Positions 8,275-16,130 of a stretch of 24,000 nucleotides of DNA are shown piece by piece. The stretch covers positions 35,812 to 59,811 of the forward strand of contig JACQFZ010000027.1 of assembly GCA_016199745.1 (NCBI GenBank). The letters are read 5' to 3'. Each line of letters opens with the position of its first letter. Position 1 is the stretch's first letter. The notes beneath the pieces are model-generated. The model saw only the letters and a program-made list of their open reading frames with translations. It was not told the DNA's origin and ran no database searches. Origin of the DNA: Gammaproteobacteria bacterium. GTDB taxonomy: Bacteria; Pseudomonadota; Gammaproteobacteria; Acidiferrobacterales; Sulfurifustaceae. Position numbers and translations under genes: made by a program.

Positions 8275-9350
8275 ACGATGTCACGTTGATGCGCTCGATC
8301 ATTCAGCGCATCGCCACCGGTCCCGAGCTCAGTAAAGATATCTCCTACGAACAGGCACGCGCCGGCATGACGCTGGTGCTCGACGGCCGCGTCGATCCGG
8401 TGCAGGCCGGTATATTCCTCATTGCGTTACGCATGAAGCGCGAGAGCGACGACGAGCTGCGTGGCCTGCTCGATGCGTTGCGCGCGGCCACGCAAACCGT
8501 GGTCGCCGACGTCGACGAGCTGATCGACATCGGCGATCCGTACGACGGTTACGGCCGCTCGTTGCCGGTGGCGCCATTCTTGCCGGCGGTGCTCGCCGCC
8601 TGCGGCGTGCCGGCCATATCGCACGGTGCCGAATCGATGGGGCCGAAGTACGGTGTAACGCATCGGCAAGTGTTGCGTGCTGCCGGCTTGCCGTTCGACC
8701 TCTCCATGGCTGATGCCGTTGCGCGCGTGCGCGATCCGCAAATTGGTTGGGCCTACGTCGATCAGCGTGTGTTCTGCCCGAAGTTGCATGCACTGACGCC
8801 GCTGCGCGATTTGATCGTCAAGCGGCCGGCGTTGACTACCCTCGAAGGACTCGCCGGTCCGATCCGCGCGCGTCGCCGTACGCATGTGCTCAGCGGTTTC
8901 GTACACAAAGCGTATCCGCGCATCTATGCGCTACTTGCGCGGCACGCCGGTTTCGAGTCGGCGTTGATCGTGCGTGGTATCGAAGGCGGCGTGATCCCGA
9001 CGTTGCGCGAGCAAGGACGATTCTTTTACTACCGTGACGGTGGCGCCGAGCAGGAACAAATCATTATGCCGGCCGATTTCGGTTTCGCCAACGGCTTGCA
9101 GGCGCCGGCGCTGCCGGGAACGACGACCGAGAACTCGGCGCCGATCGATGCCGTCACCGTCGCCAAAGCAGCGGCCGACACCGGCCGGCGCGCGCTTGCC
9201 GGTGAACCCGGACCGGCGCGCGACGGCTTGATTCTGGCGGCGGCGCTTTGTCTGTGGCAACTCCAGCGCCAACCGTCGCTGCGCGCTGCCGCCGATGCGG
9301 TGCGTGAGGTACTGGATAACGGCAACGCCGTGAAGCGGCTCGCCGCTTAA
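8271..9350 (+). CDS. TrpD-like (anthranilate phosphoribosyltransferase fold, glycosyltransferase family 3) paralogue, TrpD2/YbiB-like and probably not a true TrpD
   Basis: 359 aa. The GTG start overlaps the lipoprotein stop (GTGA); an alternative ATG is at 8289. The N-terminal helical Glycos_trans_3N-like region reads ...ARAGMTLVLDGRVDPVQAGIFLIALRMKRESDDELRGLLDALR. Where canonical TrpD has the PRPP-binding GTGGD loop, this protein has IGDPYDGYGRS, followed by the conserved ...GVPAISHG. Confidence 0.6.
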   Translation: MNDVTLMRSIIQRIATGPELSKDISYEQARAGMTLVLDGRVDPVQAGIFLIALRMKRESDDELRGLLDALRAATQTVVADVDELIDIGDPYDGYGRSLPVAPFLPAVLAACGVPAISHGAESMGPKYGVTHRQVLRAAGLPFDLSMADAVARVRDPQIGWAYVDQRVFCPKLHALTPLRDLIVKRPALTTLEGLAGPIRARRRTHVLSGFVHKAYPRIYALLARHAGFESALIVRGIEGGVIPTLREQGRFFYYRDGGAEQEQIIMPADFGFANGLQAPALPGTTTENSAPIDAVTVAKAAADTGRRALAGEPGPARDGLILAAALCLWQLQRQPSLRAAADAVREVLDNGNAVKRLAA

Positions 9351-9353
9351 ACG

Positions 9354-10352
9354 CTATTCGGAGCGCGGCTCGCGCTTGAACAGCGCTTCGACGGCGGCTT
9401 GCGGTGGGAGATTTTCGTACAACACGCGATACACCTGCTCGCTGATCGGCATTTCGATGTGGTGTTCGCGCGCCAGCCGATGCAGCTCGCGCGCGGTGGC
9501 GACGCCTTCGGCTTCCTGACCGATCTCAGTTAGTACTTCCGGCAACTTGCGACCCTGCCCTAATCCCAAACCGACGCGACGATTACGCGAGGCGTTGTCG
9601 GTGCACGTCAGGATAAGATCGCCGGCACCGGCAAGGCCGGTGAATGTCTCGCGCTTGCCGCCGAGCGCCATACCCAGGCGCGTCAACTCGGCTAAACCGC
9701 GAGTGATCAGCGCCGCGCGCGCGTTGGCGCCAAAACCTAAACCGTCGCTGATGCCAGCGGCGATCGCCATGACATTCTTGATTGCCCCGCCCAACTGCAC
9801 GCCGACCATATCGGTGCTGGTATAGACGCGCACGCGATCATTGCGCAGCCAGGCAGCAACACTGTCGGCAACGGCAACATCGTTCGCCGCCACCGTCAAC
9901 GCCGCCGGCAATCCACGCGCAATCTCGCCGGCGAACGTCGGACCGGAAATTACCGCGCGAGCAGCAACATGCCCTAACAGTTCATCGGCCACGTCAGCCA
10001 ACGGCCGGCCGCTGTCCGGCTCGAGACCCTTGGTCGCCCAAGCAACGCTGGCGGTCGCGGCGAGCTGCGGCTGCAATTCGCTGAGCAACCCGCGAAACGC
10101 GTGACTGGGAACGGCGATGAGAAAAGAAGACGCACCGACGACATCGGCCAATACCGCGCGCGGCTCAATCGTAGACGGTAGCTCGAGGCCGGGGATGGCG
10201 ACCGGATTGACGTGCTCGCGACTGATGCGTTCGAGCTGTGCGGCGTTCTTGCCCCACAACCATACCGGGTAACCGTTGCGCGCCAACAGCATACTCAACG
10301 CCGTACCCCAAGCGCCGGCGCCGAGCACGGCAACCACCGGTTTCGCCGACAT
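9354..10352 (-). CDS. gpsA: NAD(P)H-dependent glycerol-3-phosphate dehydrogenase
   Basis: 332 aa. It has an N-terminal Rossmann motif (VLGAGAWGTALSMLLARNG) and a conserved GpsA core (...GPTFAGEIARGLP..., GGAIKNVMAIAAGISDGLGFGANARAALITRGLAE..., LAGAGDLILTC...SRNRRVGLGLGQG). It sits downstream of secB, as in E. coli. Confidence 0.93.
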   Translation of the reverse strand: MSAKPVVAVLGAGAWGTALSMLLARNGYPVWLWGKNAAQLERISREHVNPVAIPGLELPSTIEPRAVLADVVGASSFLIAVPSHAFRGLLSELQPQLAATASVAWATKGLEPDSGRPLADVADELLGHVAARAVISGPTFAGEIARGLPAALTVAANDVAVADSVAAWLRNDRVRVYTSTDMVGVQLGGAIKNVMAIAAGISDGLGFGANARAALITRGLAELTRLGMALGGKRETFTGLAGAGDLILTCTDNASRNRRVGLGLGQGRKLPEVLTEIGQEAEGVATARELHRLAREHHIEMPISEQVYRVLYENLPPQAAVEALFKREPRSE

Positions 10353-10356
10353 GACG

Positions 10357-10821
10357 TTAATGCTGCGCCGACTTTTTCGCTGCCGCCTGCTTCTGCTTTT
10401 GCTCGTACAGCGATTCGAAATTAATCGGATTGATCAACAATTGCGGAAAGCCGCCCTTACCGACGAGATCGTTGATCGCTTCGCGTACGAACGGCAGCAA
10501 GATGTTCGGACAGCCGATCTCCAGTGCACGCTGCAAATTTTCGCCGGTCATGCCGTGAATGCGGAACAATCCGGCTTGCTGCACTTCGACCAGGAAAACC
10601 GTCTTGTCGGCCTGCTTGGCCGACACCGTTGCTACCACTATCGCTTCGTAGACACCGTCGGCGGCACTGATCTCGCTGTGCTGCACGCCGAGCTGGATGT
10701 CGACCTGCGGCTGACTCTGCTGCAAAAACACATGCGGTGTGGACGGCGCCTCGTACGAAATATCTTTAACGTAGACCCGTTCTAGACCGAATTGGATTTC
10801 CGGCGTGCGTTGTTCTGTCAT
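10357..10821 (-). CDS. secB: Protein-export chaperone SecB
   Basis: I trimmed track ORF 10357..11028 to the internal ATG at 10821. The resulting 154 aa (MTEQRTPEIQFGLERVYVKDISYEAPSTPHVF...VEVQQAGLFRIHGM...LEIGCPNILLPFVREAINDLVGKGGFPQLLINPINFESLYEQ) are collinear with SecB. The longer ORF would overlap grxC. Confidence 0.92.
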   Translation of the reverse strand: MTEQRTPEIQFGLERVYVKDISYEAPSTPHVFLQQSQPQVDIQLGVQHSEISAADGVYEAIVVATVSAKQADKTVFLVEVQQAGLFRIHGMTGENLQRALEIGCPNILLPFVREAINDLVGKGGFPQLLINPINFESLYEQKQKQAAAKKSAQH

Positions 10822-10840
10822 GACATTCTCCTGAAGTAAG

Positions 10841-11104
10841 TTAGGCAGCCGGCGTCTGCAACAATGGATCCAGCTCGCCGCGCCGGTCAAGCTCCACCAA
10901 CTCCATATAGCCGCCGATGTGGCGACCGTTAATGAAGATCTGCGGCACAGTTCGGCGCTGACTGAGGCGAACCATTTCATCGCGCCGTTGCGGCTGGTCA
11001 TCCACGTGAATCTGCTCGACCACTGCACCTTTTTGCCGCAACAAACGCTCGGCCATGCGGCAATAACCGCAACTGTGCGTGGTGTACATGACGACCTTGG
11101 CCAT
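10841..11104 (-). CDS. grxC: Glutaredoxin 3
   Basis: I trimmed to the ATG at 11104, giving 87 aa: MAKVVMYTTHSCGYCRMAERLL...RRTVPQIFINGRHIGGYMELVELDRRGELDPLL. It has a CxxC active site (CGYC) and the TVPQIFI / GG motifs of the Grx fold. It lies in the conserved rhodanese-grxC-secB-gpsA order. Confidence 0.9.
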   Translation of the reverse strand: MAKVVMYTTHSCGYCRMAERLLRQKGAVVEQIHVDDQPQRRDEMVRLSQRRTVPQIFINGRHIGGYMELVELDRRGELDPLLQTPAA

Positions 11105-11106
11105 GC

Positions 11107-11520
11107 TTATTTTTCGAGCGGCAAGCTCTGCCGTTCCCACGCTGCCAGGCCGCCGCTCAACTTATGGACCGACGGAAATTCATACTTGCGGCGTAACAAC
11201 AGCGCCGCCTTAAGCGAGCGACTGCCGGTGCGGCACGTGACAACCAGTGGACGCGTTTTGTATTTGTCGAGCGATGCCACCGCCTGATGCAGCGACGAAT
11301 AGGGGACGTTGATGGCGTTGGGCACATGGCCGGTGCTGTAGTCGTTCGACTCGGACACGTCGACGACAACGGCATTCTGGCGGTTCACCATTTGTACGAG
11401 TTGCGCCGGCGTCAGGCTCTGGATGCCGTTCAGATACTGCATCAGCGTCGGTCCGACGAGCAACGCCACCACAACGATGAGCGCGAGAAACAGATACCAA
11501 TTATTAATTACGAAGTGCAT
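11107..11520 (-). CDS. Membrane-anchored single-domain rhodanese (YibN-like sulfurtransferase)
   Basis: 137 aa. It has an N-terminal TM helix (WYLFLALIVVVALLVGP) followed by a rhodanese domain with the active-site loop CRTGSRS. Its position upstream of grxC matches E. coli yibN. Confidence 0.85.
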   Translation of the reverse strand: MHFVINNWYLFLALIVVVALLVGPTLMQYLNGIQSLTPAQLVQMVNRQNAVVVDVSESNDYSTGHVPNAINVPYSSLHQAVASLDKYKTRPLVVTCRTGSRSLKAALLLRRKYEFPSVHKLSGGLAAWERQSLPLEK

Positions 11521-11767
11521 TAGACCTGCCTGATTGCGGGACGACCCGTCAACCGTTGATTAACGATTAGCCAATTAAAAGCACAGTGATGAACGAATCG
11601 CCACTACGCCATTATTGGTGCTTAGCTTAGGTGCGCGGGATATAACGCTTGTCGACCTGGCATTTGCCGGCGATGCCGGTCGCGGCGAAACAATATACAA
11701 TTGCCGATATTTTGGAAAGCCAATCGAATCGGCTGTCCATCAATCCGCCTGAGATTCTCGACGCATC

Positions 11768-12517
11768 ATGAAAAAAGTTGTTTTACTTCGCCACGGCGAA
11801 TCCGTCTGGAACAAAGAAAACCGCTTCACCGGCTGGACCGATGTTGACCTAACGGACCAAGGACAACGGGAAGCCAAGCGCGCCGGCCTTTTATTAAAAG
11901 ACGCCGGCTTCGCGTTCGATATCGCCTACACCTCGGTCTTGAAGCGCGCGATCCGCACACTGTGGATCGCACTCGACGAGCTCGATCGTTTGTGGATTCC
12001 GATTGAACATTCCTGGCGATTGAACGAGCGTCATTACGGCGCGCTGCAGGGCCTGAACAAGGCCGAGACGGCGAACAAGTTCGGCGAACAACAAATTCTC
12101 GTCTGGCGCCGTTCCTACGATATTCCGCCGCCGCCGCTCGAACCCGGCGACTCGCGCTTAGCGACCGGCGATCGCCGTTACGCCGGGCTCAAGGCTAACG
12201 AGTTGCCACGCACCGAATGCCTCAAAGACACGGTGGCGCGGTTTCTGCCGTACTGGCACGAAACCATCGCGCCGACGATCCGCACCGGTAAAAGCGTCAT
12301 CATTGCGGCGCACGGCAATAGCCTGCGTGCCTTGGTGAAGTATTTGGACAATATCCCCGATGATGAAATTGTCGATCTCAACATTCCGACCGGCATTCCA
12401 CTGGTGTACGAGCTCGACGACGATTTAAAACCGATTCGCCACTACTATCTGGGCGACGCGGCGGCTGTGCAAGCGGCGATGCAGGCGGTAGCGAATCAGG
12501 GCAAGGCCAAGAACTAA
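11768..12517 (+). CDS. gpmA: 2,3-bisphosphoglycerate-dependent phosphoglycerate mutase
   Basis: 249 aa, collinear with E. coli GpmA: [24 protein letters not shown]...[23 protein letters not shown]...[21 protein letters not shown]...[14 protein letters not shown]. Confidence 0.95.
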   Translation: MKKVVLLRHGESVWNKENRFTGWTDVDLTDQGQREAKRAGLLLKDAGFAFDIAYTSVLKRAIRTLWIALDELDRLWIPIEHSWRLNERHYGALQGLNKAETANKFGEQQILVWRRSYDIPPPPLEPGDSRLATGDRRYAGLKANELPRTECLKDTVARFLPYWHETIAPTIRTGKSVIIAAHGNSLRALVKYLDNIPDDEIVDLNIPTGIPLVYELDDDLKPIRHYYLGDAAAVQAAMQAVANQGKAKN

Positions 12518-12523
12518 CCGGCT

Positions 12524-13708
12524 GTGGCCCTTCCGCGTCGCGTTCTTTTCTTACCGTTCTCCCGCCTCGCGCTCGTCGGCCTACTTGTCATCGCCGTCCC
12601 CAGCTGGGCGAACGATCGCGAGGCGCAACTCGAAAAGTTACGCACGCGCATCGACAAACTGCAACAAGACCTAAATGACACCCGCGAGCGTCGCGATAGC
12701 ACGCGCGAACAATTGCGTACGCAGGAGCAACACATCAACACATTGATGCGCTCGCTGCGCGATATCGACAGTCGGCTGCAGCAATACACGCAGGCACAAT
12801 CCGATCTAAAACGTCGCGCTGAGCGCGAACGCGAGCAATTACATGAACAGTCGCGCGCGCTAGCCGCGCAACTGCGCGCTGCCCATGCGATGGGGCAGCA
12901 ACCCTATATCAAGCTGCTGCTGAACCAAGAGAGTCCGGCGGCAACGGCGCGCGCGCTCACTTACTATCGCTATTTCAATGAAGCGCGTCTCGGACGTATC
13001 AGCCAGATCGAGACGACACTGGCGCGGGTCGACAGCCTTGACGAAGAAATCGAAAAGAGTACGACCACATTAACCGCCTTGCGCGATAAGCAAAGTGAAG
13101 AGCGACAAGCGCTGGAAGAGACGCGGCAACGACGGACCGAGCTGCTAGCCGGTCTCAATCGTGAGGTCGAAGACAAAACACAGGAAATCGCCCGACTGCG
13201 CGCCGACGAGCAACGCCTGGAGCGACTGCTGAAAGAACTGAAAACGGCGTTGGCCGAGCCAAACGTCCCTTTCCCTACCACGAATGGACGCTTCGCTTCA
13301 CTCAAAGGCCGGTTGCCGTTACCGGTCGCTGGCCGCATCGAGGCACGTTACGGCGACTCCAAAGGCGTCGGCGATATGCGTTGGCGGGGCATATTCCTTG
13401 GTGGAAAGGAGGGGCAAAACGTCCGCGCCGTGTCGCGTGGGCGGGTCGCTTATGCCGACTGGCTGAAGGGTTTTGGGCTACTCTTGATTCTGGACCATGG
13501 TGATGGCTATATGACATTGTACGGACACAATCAGGCGCTTTTGCGGAACGTGGGCGATGCAGTAGAGGCAGGACAGCCAATCGCCACCGTCGGCAACAGC
13601 GGCGACGCACAGCGCGTCGGTGTCTATTTCGAAATCCGGCACAACGGAACTCCCGATGATCCTCTTCAATGGTGTGCGCTGGGACGCGGGCCGCGCGCTC
13701 GCCGCTAG
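12524..13708 (+). CDS. envC: Murein hydrolase activator EnvC (coiled coil + degenerate LytM/M23 domain)
   Basis: 394 aa with a GTG start and a signal peptide (...LLVIAVPSWA). A long Gln/Arg/Glu-rich coiled-coil region precedes the C-terminal LytM domain (...GFGLLLILDHGDGYMTLYGHN...GVYFEIRHNGTPDDPLQW). The catalytic HxH position reads YFE, as in non-catalytic E. coli EnvC. Confidence 0.85.
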   Translation: MALPRRVLFLPFSRLALVGLLVIAVPSWANDREAQLEKLRTRIDKLQQDLNDTRERRDSTREQLRTQEQHINTLMRSLRDIDSRLQQYTQAQSDLKRRAEREREQLHEQSRALAAQLRAAHAMGQQPYIKLLLNQESPAATARALTYYRYFNEARLGRISQIETTLARVDSLDEEIEKSTTTLTALRDKQSEERQALEETRQRRTELLAGLNREVEDKTQEIARLRADEQRLERLLKELKTALAEPNVPFPTTNGRFASLKGRLPLPVAGRIEARYGDSKGVGDMRWRGIFLGGKEGQNVRAVSRGRVAYADWLKGFGLLLILDHGDGYMTLYGHNQALLRNVGDAVEAGQPIATVGNSGDAQRVGVYFEIRHNGTPDDPLQWCALGRGPRARR

Positions 13709-13756
13709 TCCCATAACATTGGCCCCGATCGAATACTTCTTATGATGGAGTCACAA

Positions 13757-15088
13757 ATGAAGTCTGCCGCACGCTATCTCCCCGTCTTGCTGATCGGTAT
13801 TTTGGTCGGTGCGGGTATCACAATCGACATGACCGTAATGGCCGACAAGGAACAGGCCAAAGAATCGTCAGCCCTGCCGCTCGATGAGTTGCGCACCTTT
13901 ACCGAGGTGTATGCACGCATCAAATCGGACTATGTCGAATCGGTCGACGACAAGACACTGCTCGAAAATTCTATTCAAGGCATGTTGGCGGGCCTCGACC
14001 CCCATTCGAGCTATCTTGGCGTCGATGAATTCAAGGATGTGCGGAGCGAGACCGAGGGTCAGTTCGGCGGACTCGGTATCGAAGTCACCATGGAAAGCGG
14101 CTTCGTCAAAGTCGTCTCGCCGATCGAAGACACACCTGCCGCCACCGCCGGGCTAAAGCCGAACGACATCATCATTCGCCTGGACGATAAGGCGGTCAAA
14201 GGCATGGGCCTGAACGAGGCCGTGCGTTTGATGCGCGGCAAACCGGGCAGCGACATTGCGCTGACCGTCGTGCGCGAAGGCGCCACCAAACCGTTGACCT
14301 TCACCCTCACCCGCGCCGTCATCAAAATCCAAAGCGTCAAGCAACGCTTGCTCGAGCCCGGCTATGGTTATACCCGCATCACGCAATTCCAATCGGGCAC
14401 GGCGAAACAACTAACTGCCGCTATTAAGAAGCTTGAGACCGAAAACAAGGGCAAGCTCAAAGGCCTGATACTCGACCTGCGCAACAATCCGGGTGGCGTA
14501 CTGAATGGCGCCGTCAGCGTAAGCGATGCGTTTCTCGAAAATGGCCTGATTGTCTATACCGAGGGTCGCGTGCAGGACTCGAAACTCAAGTTCTCCGCCT
14601 CCGCCGGCGATCTCGTTAATGGCGCGCCGATGGTAGTGTTGGTTAACAGCGGCTCGGCCTCGGCGTCGGAGATCGTCGCCGGTGCACTGCAGGACCATAA
14701 GCGTGCCGTCATTATGGGAACGAAGACTTTTGGCAAGGGCTCGGTCCAGACAATCGTGCCGGTTAGCAACGGCGCCGCGCTCAAGCTCACCACTGCCCGC
14801 TACTACACGCCGAACGGTCGTTCCATTCAGGCGGCGGGAATCGTCCCCGACATCATTACCGAAGATGCGAAGATTACCCGCAACGCCAATACCGGCCGAT
14901 TGCGCGAAGCGGATCTAGCGCGCCATCTCGAGAATCCGGACAACCCGGATGCGAAGCCGATCGAAGTCCCGAAAGTGGATCCGAACAGCGCTGATGCTAA
15001 GAATGCCGCTTCGCCGGACGAGGACTATCAATTGCAGGAAGCAGTGAACCTACTGAAGGGCATTGCCATCTTCAGCGTCAAACGCTGA
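13757..15088 (+). CDS. ctpA: Carboxy-terminal processing protease (S41 family, PDZ domain)
   Basis: The track ORF starts at 13742. I prefer the ATG at 13757 because GGAG lies 6 nt upstream of it. The protein has a signal/TM segment, a PDZ region (GLGIEV...VVSPIEDTPAATAGLKPNDIIIRLD) and an S41 core with the catalytic Ser (NSGSASASEIVAGALQD) and Lys (TFGKGSVQ). Confidence 0.9.
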   Translation: MKSAARYLPVLLIGILVGAGITIDMTVMADKEQAKESSALPLDELRTFTEVYARIKSDYVESVDDKTLLENSIQGMLAGLDPHSSYLGVDEFKDVRSETEGQFGGLGIEVTMESGFVKVVSPIEDTPAATAGLKPNDIIIRLDDKAVKGMGLNEAVRLMRGKPGSDIALTVVREGATKPLTFTLTRAVIKIQSVKQRLLEPGYGYTRITQFQSGTAKQLTAAIKKLETENKGKLKGLILDLRNNPGGVLNGAVSVSDAFLENGLIVYTEGRVQDSKLKFSASAGDLVNGAPMVVLVNSGSASASEIVAGALQDHKRAVIMGTKTFGKGSVQTIVPVSNGAALKLTTARYYTPNGRSIQAAGIVPDIITEDAKITRNANTGRLREADLARHLENPDNPDAKPIEVPKVDPNSADAKNAASPDEDYQLQEAVNLLKGIAIFSVKR

Positions 15089-15094
15089 TCTCCC

Positions 15095-15128
15095 AAAAAA
15101 ACTCGGCGCCGAGGTGGCGCCGAGTTTT
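15095..15128. terminator. Bidirectional rho-independent terminator between convergent ctpA and the outer-membrane protein gene
   Basis: A perfect 10-bp stem, ACTCGGCGCC (15101-15110) pairing with GGCGCCGAGT (15116-15125), encloses a 5-nt loop. It is flanked by an A-run upstream and a T-run downstream, so it reads as a terminator on both strands. Confidence 0.8.
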
Positions 15129-15152
15129 CCTACCTAGCAATACTCAAAACGA

Positions 15153-16043
15153 TTAGCGGAAGTCGAAGCGCGTACCAAAGAAAATTCGGCTGCGATCCAA
15201 GGTATAGGGATCCAGGCTGGCGCCATTCAAGCCGTAACTCGCCTCGGCATGCAGGCTCCAATTCGGCTGCACCTGCCACCTCCAACCCGCCGCGACTTGC
15301 GACCGGTCTTCGTAAGGCAGCATCATATACGCTGGATCATCCACGCCATTGTAGAAGCGGCGCTGCAATTGATAGGAAACATACGGGGTATGATCCTGGG
15401 CAACTTGGAGCTGACCACCGACGGCGACACCGAAATAACGCCGATCCAACCGACGATAGGAATCGTCGCTCACGCTCTCGTCACCGATAAATACACTGCC
15501 GGTCATACCCGGCCGTAGTGCGCTGGTGCCCGTGCTGGTCCACGAAACTGCCGCACGGGTATCCAAAATGCCTAGGTTATGGCTCGACGATTGCTCGGTC
15601 CAGGGCGATTCGCTATAGCCCGCCGTCAGCGCAAAGGTATTGCTGGCATCGACCCGATGCTGCCACTTAACTCCAAATCCGCTTAACCGATTAGACGACG
15701 AATCCGTTAACGGCGTTTCGCCAGCCGCTCGGTCCAAAGCGACAAGGGGGGAATAGTAGTTATTAGTCGACGGAGTTAGCTCGCCATAAAAACTCACGAC
15801 GTAGTCGTCGCTATAAGTCGAGCTACCATCCGCCTCTTCGTCCGATGCCAGCGATTTATAAGCATCGACACCAAAGGCAAGCCGCTTGTCGCGATCGAAC
15901 AGCGTCGAAGGCGGCCGAAGCTGCCCTAGGCTGTCACGTGCCGGGGTTTCATCAAACCAACTGAACTTGCCCGCCGCGGCAGTACCGGGCAGGGCAACGA
16001 ACAATGTGGCGGAAACTAATGTAGTAAGGGTTTTACGGTGCAT
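15153..16043 (-). CDS. Putative outer-membrane beta-barrel protein of unknown function
   Basis: 296 aa. It has a signal peptide (MHRKTLTTLVSATLFVALPGTAAA). The body has alternating aromatic/polar beta-strand-like segments and is rich in Ser/Gly/Tyr/Trp, and the C-terminus is ...RIFFGTRFDFR. I recognised no specific family by eye. Confidence 0.5.
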   Translation of the reverse strand: MHRKTLTTLVSATLFVALPGTAAAGKFSWFDETPARDSLGQLRPPSTLFDRDKRLAFGVDAYKSLASDEEADGSSTYSDDYVVSFYGELTPSTNNYYSPLVALDRAAGETPLTDSSSNRLSGFGVKWQHRVDASNTFALTAGYSESPWTEQSSSHNLGILDTRAAVSWTSTGTSALRPGMTGSVFIGDESVSDDSYRRLDRRYFGVAVGGQLQVAQDHTPYVSYQLQRRFYNGVDDPAYMMLPYEDRSQVAAGWRWQVQPNWSLHAEASYGLNGASLDPYTLDRSRIFFGTRFDFR

Positions 16044-16130
16044 TGTTGCAAAAGCACAACTCCTTGTGTGCGTAATACAAATAATAGCACAGCGTAAAAC
16101 TGGGAGACTATGTGCTAGAGCTGCCGTTCG

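Noticed and set aside
8345-9325. Multiple overlapping 60-160-aa ORFs on both strands inside the TrpD-like gene (for example 8427..8906 and 8931..9272). Similar sets occur inside mrcB (6047..6475), ubiB (16556..17029, 16770..17264), envC (12970..13338) and the Wzy_C gene (3575..3889).
   Set aside because: They are Arg/Ala/Pro/Ser-rich low-complexity translations nested in longer ORFs with clear family signatures. This is the classic high-GC shadow-frame artefact.
9348-9356. Convergent TrpD-like and gpsA genes with stop codons only 3 bp apart and no terminator hairpin.
   Set aside because: The observation is real, but such tight convergent junctions are common in compact genomes. Nothing in the sequence suggests a special element.
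10357-11028. The 223-aa ORF that would extend SecB across most of grxC.
   Set aside because: The first 69 residues have no SecB similarity and overlap the well-supported grxC gene. The ATG at 10821 yields a normal 154-aa SecB.
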